From contig JBIIPZ010000005.1 in the NCBI GenBank assembly GCA_044342325.1, positions 34,002 through 98,001 of the forward strand: a stretch of DNA of 64,000 nucleotides. The letters are read 5' to 3'. This DNA comes from Terrimicrobiaceae bacterium (GTDB taxonomy: Bacteria; Verrucomicrobiota; Verrucomicrobiia; Chthoniobacterales; Terrimicrobiaceae). Every line of letters starts with the position of its first letter. Positions within the stretch are counted from its first letter, which is position 1. Below, piece after piece: positions 56,626-64,000 of this stretch. Made by a program: the position numbers and the translations under genes. The notes beneath the pieces were generated by a model. It made no database searches. It saw nothing but the letters and a program-made list of their open reading frames with translations, and was not told where the DNA came from.

Positions 56626-58275
56626 TTAATGGATTTTTATTTCCACGAATTGTGCGGCGAGCTGCGTGCGGGCTTCGTTGAAAAATTTTTGCAGGGCGCG
56701 TTGGCGGGCTTCGTTGAGGCCGCCTTGGAGCGCAGAGAGAGCTTGGATGCGGTAGTTCAATTGATCGTCGTGTTGAGGATTGAGGTAGGGAATTTTTCGC
56801 ATGCGCGCAACGAGGCGGGCGGTGAGCGATCCATCCTCCAGAGGATTGCCGTTTTCATCGTAGGCGGAGCGCCAAGCTGTGTTTTCGAGCCACACGCCAG
56901 ATTCGTCCACTGTGCTGTAGAGAAGCGTGGCATTCAGCCCGCCGGGTTTCGTGAGGTCAACGATCATTGCCGGGATGTTGTTGTTTTCAGGGCTGGCGCG
57001 ATCCAGTGCTCGCTTCCCAATCTGCCAACCTGCGTTGCGGTAGCACACCGTGACATCGTGGTAACCAAAGAATGGATAATCCAGCGAGATGGTCGCGATG
57101 ATACCGTCTTTGGCATATTGCCAGATGTGCGAATACACACCGTCCTCAAACGCCGCGCGCTTCGGCACAGGACATCTTTGAGAGACTAAACGCCAGCCAT
57201 CGAGTTCAGCGGGCATTTCAAATCGTGCCTCACCATTCATCCATGAGGGATTGATGACTTTGGCTTTCTCTTTTCCAACATGAAAATCCCAACCTCGGAC
57301 GACCTGTGCCGCACCGAGGATCACAAGAATGAGGCCCACCCAGCGAACTCCGCCGCTGCATGCGCGGCCTTGTAAAATAGTTCCAGTGTGGGTTTCAGGA
57401 GTCTTTAGCGGTTGGCTGGGATCCGCGAGGAGTTTTGCGATGATTGCATCTGCTGCTACGATGAATCCAAGATAAGTTGCCGTGAGGACAAGTCCCAGGG
57501 CTTCGTGTTTCCATCCGGAAAAGAGATCGATCCGGTATTCCACCAAAAGAAACGCCCCGCTTGTGATGCGGAGCAGGTTGCCTGCGAGCACATATCCAAT
57601 CGTCAGTGCGTAGAGCACGATAAGAAAGAGGAGCGAGCGGCGACGCCACAAGGCGTAGAAGACGCAAGCGGATGTCATGAAAAGGACGGAGTTGATCCCG
57701 CTGCAAGCCTCTTCGACGAGCAATCGCTGGTCAGGAACATCAATAATACTCCCGCTGAGCGTATGAGGCACACCGATGATTGCCAGCACGCTGCTACTGC
57801 CTGAAACAGCCCATTCCTGCAATTGAAGAGCCAGACGCGTGTCGAGTTTGAGTGGAGGTGGAAGCAGCGTCAGAAACATCAACCAGGATGGCAGCAGCGC
57901 ACGGCAAAGTTCTGCGCCGCCCAACCACCACGATAAAATGATTACACTGAAGAGAAACGCTACCACACCGAGCCAGGGCGACCACATGACCGTTGCCACG
58001 GTGAGTAACCCAAAAACCAGCACGATTGCCGGTATGGTGACCCGTTTCGATCCAGATATGAGCGGGCGCTTTGCCTCACTGCATCCTCGCTGAGCCAGCA
58101 CGAAGGCACCTGCAAGAGCCAATGGGAAAAACTGGTAGGTTGAAAAATGCCACAGATTGAAAAAAAACTGCGCCATCAGCGGCCCGAAACCAACCAAGCC
58201 AATCAAGACCAAACTCCGAAAGTCCAGCTGTCGGGCTTGAGCGGAATTGTTATCCACAGTGCGCAGAGAGGTCAC
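56626..58275 (-). CDS. Exosortase with C-terminal soluble domain (exosortase U-like)
   Basis: Catalytic VEEACSG, NLLRI, HEALG; about 8 or more TMs; near a PEP-CTERM gene. Confidence 0.88.
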   Translation of the reverse strand: MTSLRTVDNNSAQARQLDFRSLVLIGLVGFGPLMAQFFFNLWHFSTYQFFPLALAGAFVLAQRGCSEAKRPLISGSKRVTIPAIVLVFGLLTVATVMWSPWLGVVAFLFSVIILSWWLGGAELCRALLPSWLMFLTLLPPPLKLDTRLALQLQEWAVSGSSSVLAIIGVPHTLSGSIIDVPDQRLLVEEACSGINSVLFMTSACVFYALWRRRSLLFLIVLYALTIGYVLAGNLLRITSGAFLLVEYRIDLFSGWKHEALGLVLTATYLGFIVAADAIIAKLLADPSQPLKTPETHTGTILQGRACSGGVRWVGLILVILGAAQVVRGWDFHVGKEKAKVINPSWMNGEARFEMPAELDGWRLVSQRCPVPKRAAFEDGVYSHIWQYAKDGIIATISLDYPFFGYHDVTVCYRNAGWQIGKRALDRASPENNNIPAMIVDLTKPGGLNATLLYSTVDESGVWLENTAWRSAYDENGNPLEDGSLTARLVARMRKIPYLNPQHDDQLNYRIQALSALQGGLNEARQRALQKFFNEARTQLAAQFVEIKIH

Positions 58276-58368
58276 AGAGAGTCGTTTGGAAAACCAGCGT
58301 TTTTAGGATGTGGAGTTGAGAATTTTAAAACCTGAAGCTTCAAGAAGTAGGCTCGGAAGGAGCGCAAT

Positions 58369-60123
58369 TCAAGGGAGCGCCAGCAACATTTGCTCTTCGG
58401 GGCTGAGTTGAGATTGATCGATCGTTGCCGCAAGGATCTCCGCTTGAGCGGGGCGGTTTATTTTTCGCAGGATGGCGGCGCGAATGGCTTGATTGGCAGC
58501 GGGGGCGTTTTTCCGGAGTGGGAGCGTATCGTAGAGGGCATCAGCTTGGGCGATCTCGCCCTGGCGCAGGAGGGCGAGCGCGGCGATGTGGCGGGTGCTG
58601 CGCTTGTTGGGGGATTTTTTATGTGCATCGAGTGCGATCTCGGCGGCTTGGGAGATATTTTCTTCTGCGAGGAGTTGTTGGTAGGCGAGTTCCCTGCGGG
58701 CCGAGGCTGAGTCTGGTAAAAACCCGAGCATTTCCTGATAAATCGGGATTAGGTCCCGAGCCGGAGTGGCAGCGGGCAACTGGCTGAGAACCAACTGAAA
58801 TCCAACCTCAGAGGTTTCCTTGTTGCGTGCAAGTGCCCAAGCGAGGCGCTTGGCTTCTTCGGGATGCCCGAACTTCGAGGCCGTTTCGACCAGGAGCTTG
58901 GCAAATGGGGCAGGTTCATTGATGCAGCGGATTTCCAACTCGCCCCACAAGCCCTTGGCGCGCTCCTCATCGCCATTTTTCTCGGCGGCATGCGCCAGAA
59001 AGAGGAGCCGCAGCGACGGCGCGGTGAGGGGCAGATTCCAACTGCGCAGGAAGGAGTTCATTTCCTCCCAATTTTCCAAGCGTGCCAGTGCGACGAGATA
59101 GGGGAAAAACCAGACATCCTCCGACACGGCGCGCTTTTCTCGGATGTAGTCGATGGCGCTCTGGTATTCCTGATGGAAGATCAGCCAATACGCGAGGGCC
59201 AGAGCATCCGGCTTGGCTGCCGTCGCACGCTCCAGCATGAGATTTTCTACGATGGCTTTTTGCTACGAGGGGTCGCTGACGAGTTCGAGATTTGCAGCGG
59301 ATAAAAGATCGTTGCCATCGCGCAGAGGATGGGCCTTGATCTGCTCGGCCAATTCATTGGTCGGGACCGTGGTATCTTGGGGGTTTCGCAACGCCTGCGC
59401 CGCGAGAAGCCGCAGCGCGGCCATGCCGGTGGGGGTTGTTTTTTTCGAGAGCGGGAGCAGGATCTCGCGGCTGGCCTCCGCATTCTCCTCCATGGCCGCC
59501 ACTCCGCCCTCGAGCAGGATTTTGTCGGCATCCTCACTGTCGCCGCATGAGGCGGCGGCGGATTTTGCGAGTTCTATGGCCTCGGCATTTTCCCCGTCGA
59601 GTCGCTTGAGGCGGATTTCGAGGATGGTCCGCCGTGTGGAGGGCGCTTGGGCAAGTTGCGACAGAGCCTGGAGGGCGACCTCCGTCATATTGCGATTCAG
59701 CGCCTGCTCGCCCAGAATGAGAATCTCCTCGGGCGTTGCGGCATTCAGCGCCATGAGCCTCTGCGTGTCAGTGAGAGCGGCGGGCACACCCCTCGAGGCA
59801 TTGAGAATGCGGATGCCGCGCTGCACATCCGGCGACTCGGGGCGGAGTATTTGAGCCACCTGGAGAAATTGCGAGGCCTCCTCGATCTGGCCCTGCGCCA
59901 TGGCTTTATCAAATTTCGACACCTGCTCCCGCGCACGCAGTGTTTTGAGCTTGCTGTAAACCTTGGGAGCCACGATCAGGCCCATGATGCCTAAAAAAGC
60001 CAAAACCAAAGCCCAGCGCACCCACAGGGGCGCAAGGAAGCCCAGGTATTTTTTGAAAAAGGACTTGCGCGATTTGCCATGCGTAAAATCCGGCAGCTGT
60101 GCGCTCGGAAGCGGATCACTCAT
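58369..60123 (-). pseudogene. Membrane-anchored TPR-like protein split by an in-frame TAG (59263-59265)
   Basis: ...GAC CCC TCG TAG CAA AAA GCC ATC GTA GAA AAT CTC ATG: the 286-aa and 289-aa ORFs share one frame. Confidence 0.75.
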
Positions 60124-60164
60124 AACTCATAACTTTTAGATTTTTACCCAATCCAGAGGGATTG

Positions 60165-60279
60165 ACCACGGAGGACACGGAGAGCACGGAGTAGATTGCA
60201 AGCTGATACAAAAACTCACCAATTTCAACTTGCTGCCAAACCTCAATTTCTACTCCGTGCTCTCCGTGTCCTCCGTGGT
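60165..60279 (+). repeat. MITE-like element with perfect 31-bp inverted ends of 9-bp periodicity
   Basis: ACCACGGAGGACACGGAGAGCACGGAGTAGA (60165-60195) / TCTACTCCGTGCTCTCCGTGTCCTCCGTGGT (60249-60279). Confidence 0.85.
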
Positions 60280-60333
60280 TAAATATATGAATTTGTTGTT
60301 TTTATCTGAGACGCCGCTTCGCGGCTGAGAATT

Positions 60334-60396
60334 GGGCCATGCGGGACGATGGCCCTCCCGTGGGGGTTACGACCGCAAGCGGGATGCCTGCGCTGC
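60334..60396 (-). repeat. Two REP-like hairpins at the PEP-CTERM gene end
   Basis: Minus strand GCAGCGCAGGCATCCCGCTTGCG and GGAGGGCCATCGTCCCGCATGGCCC. Confidence 0.6.
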
Positions 60397-61593
60397 ATGT
60401 TTCTTCCTCCAGAGGTAGATGCCGAGGCCGACGAGCGCGAGGAGGGAGGCGGCGACTTGGCTGGGCTCGGGGACGGCGGATGTGCCTGCCGTGTAGTTCA
60501 GCACGAGGTCGTTGCCTTGGAGGTCCAGGGAAAAGGAGCTCGCGGAGAGTAGGGTGTCGAAGGAGTCGCCAGAGTTGTCTGCCCAGTTTGCCGTGGCGAT
60601 GCTGAAGTTGTTCGCACCGGTGGTCGTGCCAGTGACATCGTAGATGACCCAGCTTTGGTCGCTGGTCCAGAAGGGATCGGCCCAATCGACATCGCCGTAG
60701 CCACTGAAGTCGAGCACGAGCGAGGTGGCCGTGTTGAAGGCCAAGTTGCCTCCCACGACGATTTGGTCGAAGGCGGAGAAGTCGGTGTCCGTATTATCCG
60801 AGAGTTGCCAGTTCACCGTCGGGATGCTTCCGCCGCTGTTGTCGTAGGTGAGATTGCCGGTGAATGTCTGGATGCCGGGCGAGTTGCCGGGGCTGTGGAT
60901 GCCGTAGATCATGGTGCCGCCGATGGTGCTATTGCCGCCGAGCGTTGCGCCAGAGGCCACCGTGAAGCGGCTTGAGGCCGAGGTGGATCCGTTCACATTG
61001 AGCGTGCCGGCAGAGACGGTGGTGTTGCCGGAGTAGGTGTTTGTGCCTGCGAGGGTGGAGGTGCCTGTGCCGATGTGGTTGAGCGAGAGGCTGCCGGTCA
61101 TGTTTGAGCCGAGGGTGTAGCTGCCACTTTGGTTAATGTTCACCACGGCGGTGCCGTTGCCGCCAGTGATCGTTGCCGCGCTGAGCGTGCCTGCGGCGGT
61201 GCCGTTGCCGAGGTTCAGCGTGCCGTTGCTGCCAGCGCCAACACCCACGGAGCCACCCACACTCGACACAATGCCATTATTACTGATCGTGAGGCTGCCA
61301 GTGCCAAGACTGCCGATGCCCAAGTTGCTGGAGTTTTTCCAATTGCCGCCGCTCACATTCACCGTGCCGTTGCTGCCGGTGCTGTTGCCCACAGTGCCAC
61401 TTGCTTTCGCCAGGATGCTCCCGCCATCGATCGTCAGGCTGCCTTGGCTAGTGTTGCCAACAATAACCGAGGTGCCATTGGAGGAATTTCCACTAAAAGT
61501 CACAGCCCCAAAAGCAGGCTGGGCGGCTGCGAGCAGAAGCAGGCAAAGCGCGGTGGCGAAGCGGAGTGGAAGATTGGTGAAGTGTGAGTTCAT
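60367..61593 (-). CDS. PEP-CTERM surface protein with autotransporter-type beta-strand repeats
   Basis: Signal peptide ending PAFGA; GTNTYSGNTTVSAGTL; C-terminal VPEPSQVAASLLALVGLGIYLWRKK. Confidence 0.92.
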   Translation of the reverse strand: MNSHFTNLPLRFATALCLLLLAAAQPAFGAVTFSGNSSNGTSVIVGNTSQGSLTIDGGSILAKASGTVGNSTGSNGTVNVSGGNWKNSSNLGIGSLGTGSLTISNNGIVSSVGGSVGVGAGSNGTLNLGNGTAAGTLSAATITGGNGTAVVNINQSGSYTLGSNMTGSLSLNHIGTGTSTLAGTNTYSGNTTVSAGTLNVNGSTSASSRFTVASGATLGGNSTIGGTMIYGIHSPGNSPGIQTFTGNLTYDNSGGSIPTVNWQLSDNTDTDFSAFDQIVVGGNLAFNTATSLVLDFSGYGDVDWADPFWTSDQSWVIYDVTGTTTGANNFSIATANWADNSGDSFDTLLSASSFSLDLQGNDLVLNYTAGTSAVPEPSQVAASLLALVGLGIYLWRKKHAAQASRLRS

Positions 61594-61709
61594 TTTCGAT
61601 TTTGATACGGACGCCGCTCTGGAACGCATAGAAAAAAACAAAAAATGCGACGAACAGGTCATAATCGTCGACGAACAGGCCAGAGGAGGCGAAAATGGAG
61701 GGGAAATTC

Positions 61710-61828
61710 ACCACGGAGGACACGGAGTAGAAAATGAGGTTTTGCAGCAAATGGAAGTCGGCTGAAAGAGAGGGAAGGTTTTTGTATCAGCTTGAAATTT
61801 CCTCCGTGCTCTCTGTGTCCTCTGTGGT
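61710..61828 (-). repeat. MITE-like element, inverted homologue of 60165-60279
   Basis: ACCACGGAGGACACGGAG / CTCCGTGCTCTCTGTGTCCTCTGTGGT; interior reverse-complements to CAAGCTGATACAAAAAC...TTGCTGC-AAACCTCA. Confidence 0.8.
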
Positions 61829-61872
61829 CAAATGATTTTGCCGATCCTGCAACGCCAAGGGCTTGGCGTGCC

Positions 61873-63924
61873 CTACCTTGGGGCTGGGGCGCGGTTGCGG
61901 TGGAGTGCAGGCTTGATGCAGGCCTCGACTTTCGGGCTGAGTAGAAATTTTTCTCCGAGGAATTCCTTCAGTTCGTTGAGAATGGGCTGCGGGTTGGCGA
62001 TGAGGTCGGGGAACGAAATCTCCAGTAGCTCGACGCGGTCGCTTTTTTTGAGGACTTCGCGGATTTGCCGGCTGTGGCTCTCTTGGGCTTCGATGAGGTG
62101 GAGTTTTTCGGATTTGGGCAGTTTGCCCTGGCGGGCGAGCATGGCCCACTGGGAATCAACGACCTGCGCGACGGGGCGCAGCATGTAGAGGATCTTGTAG
62201 CGGTGCTTGCCGGGTAGGTTGGGGAGAAGGGCGGAGATCACTTTCACGGCTTTGCCGGTGGCGGGCTCGATGAGGCGGGGATTTTTGGCGAGTTTTTTGA
62301 TTTCCTCCCATTCGTAGTAACCCTCGGGATTGTCCTCGTCGGCGAGGCGCTTGGCGTCGGTCATGAGAGGCAGGCCGCCGGCTTGGAGGATTTGCATCAT
62401 GAGGCTGGTGCCGGAGCGCGGCAGGCCGGAAACGATGAGGAAATCCAGAGGCTCGATGGCGTCGTATTCGGCCTTGAGGCGTTCGGTCTCGGCGAGTTTG
62501 ATGGCATCCTCCGCCGCGCGGACTGCGGCGCGGGCATCGGTGGCCTTGCGGAGGGCGGCCAATTGATCGCGGACTTGGATTTTTTCATCGAGCAAGTCCT
62601 TGTGGCTCTGCATCTCGCAGATGGAGGCCTTGTCGATCTGTCCGAGGAGGCGGTAGACGCGGGCGAGGAGGCGCTGGGCGCGGACGAATTTCGGCGCGAG
62701 GCGCAGGCAGTTCAGGAGTGGGCGCTCGGCTTGGGCGAAGTTCTCGAGTTGGACGAGCGCGGCCCCGAGGAGGAAATGCCCGAGCGGGTTGCCGTATTGG
62801 AAACCAATGGCTTCCAGGGCAGACTGTAGGGCTTCGGCAGGGCGGTCGCTGTGGAGTTGGATGCGGGCGAGTGTGAGGAAGGCTTGGGGATTGTGGAAAT
62901 CGATGGTGAGGACCTGGCGCGCGGCAGCTTCGGCATTGTCCCATTGGCGGAGAGCGAGATAGCTCTGGGCAAGCATGAGTTGGAGCTGCAGCTCGGCGGG
63001 GTTTTTCTCCCGCACACGCTCGAGCGCGCCCAGAGCAGCGGGGAAGTCTTTTTTCTGGATGGCGATCGAGGCCTTGATGAGATCGGCCTGCTCGGTGCGG
63101 TTGAAGGTCTCGGAAGCTCGGGCGATCGTGGCATCCGCCTCGTCGAGGAGGCCGAGTTGGAGTTGGCAGGTGGCCAACACCTGGGCGTAGTCGGTGCGGG
63201 CGGGCTGGGCGTGGTAGCAGGCCTCGAGGAGCGGCAGGGCCATTTCGTAGCGTTGCCCATACATGCAGGCGCGGGCCATGTTCCAATCGTTCTCGCGCTC
63301 GGTCTCGGCTTTGGCTTGGCCGGGATCGTCGGGAATCTCGTCGATGTAGCCGAGGGCGACGAATTGCTCGAGCAGGGCCTTGTCGGCATCGGGGCCGGAT
63401 TCCGCGCGGGTCTGGCGGGGAGCATCCGGGTTTTCCCATGTGGGCAGGGTTGCGACAGGGCGCCGCTCGGTGAAGGCATCCTCGAGCACGCGCCCCTCCA
63501 TATCCTCGCCGACGGGTAACCCAAAGTAATGCAGCACAGTAGGTGCGATATCGAGCAGGCGGGCGCCGAAGACCAATTCGTCTTTCTTGAAGCCTGGCCC
63601 GCAGGCGGCGATGACTCCTTGCGGGCGGTGCCACACGGTGATGCCGGCGGGCACACGGGGCGTGAATTTCGGCCGCAAGTGGTCGCTGTGGAAGCCGTGG
63701 TCCGAGACGAGCAGGATCGCGGTATCCGGCCCGGCGAGTTGCATAAGTCGCTGGAGGAAGAGATCGTGCAGGCGGTAGGTGCTATTCACGACATCGCGAT
63801 ACATTTCAAAGTCGGCCTCAGGGATGCCCTCCATGCGCGGGGCGTGGTAGGGCATGAACTGGTGGCTGATCTCATCCACCGCCCGATAGTAAACCGCCAT
63901 GAAGTCCCACTCGGGGTCGGCCTC
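61873..63924 (-). pseudogene. Alkaline-phosphatase/phosphodiesterase + TPR + sulfotransferase-like fusion, 5'-interrupted
   Basis: Begins mid-domain (PEWDFMAVYYRAVDEISH...LVSDHGF); TPR block; IVSGLPRSGTSLMMQ; homology is lost at 63925. Confidence 0.75.
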
Positions 63925-64000
63925 GAATGGCGCTAAGTTAGTGGGGATTTGGGATGATTTTCGATGCCCACTTTTCGATGTGGGAGGGGGCCCATTTCTT
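63925..64000 (-). mobile_element. Probable IS4-family right end with transposase C-terminus (partial)
   Basis: GAATGGCGCTAAGTTAG at the junction; a minus frame EMGPLPHRKVGIENHPKSPLT* stops inside it. Family assignment is from recollection of IS4-type ends. Confidence 0.5.

Noticed and set aside
20907..59265. Alternative genetic code or Sec/Pyl recoding explaining the in-frame TGA and TAG
   Set aside because: TGA and TAG end many intact genes here (dnaJ, grpE, fabF); no recoding machinery is seen, and the contexts do not suggest Sec or Pyl sites.

Overview
A 64-kb bacterial chromosomal segment. Gene content (PEP-CTERM/exosortase, giant PATR-repeat autotransporter, RNase P RNA) suggests Verrucomicrobiota; this is an inference. 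It has four zones. (1) 1-22.3 kb is accessory: a partial phospho-sugar mutase, then five type II toxin-antitoxin modules (two with broken toxins), a complete IS66 with an 8-bp target duplication, and a ~4,780-aa autotransporter. A same-orientation composite palindromic repeat built from REP-like hairpins punctuates this zone. (2) 22.3-50.4 kb is mostly core: nnr, dnaJ, grpE, SpoIIE/STAS, a fused ABC transporter, a glycosyl-/sulfotransferase cluster, trpB, malQ, hslO, fabF, DUF721, ferredoxin, ChdC-like protein, kup and rnpB. (3) 50.47-56.58 kb is the strongest candidate for an undescribed system. An HUH/Y1 (RAYT-like) transposase sits between 35-bp terminal inverted repeats, and a third, perfect copy of the repeat 5 kb downstream encloses a SWIM-SNF2 helicase/hypothetical/DUF2293 operon. 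(4) 56.6-64 kb holds an exosortase, a TPR-like gene split by an in-frame TAG, a PEP-CTERM gene bracketed by two inverted MITE-like elements, and a phosphodiesterase-TPR-sulfotransferase gene cut by a probable IS4 end at the window edge. All calls come from manual motif reading; no database searches were run.
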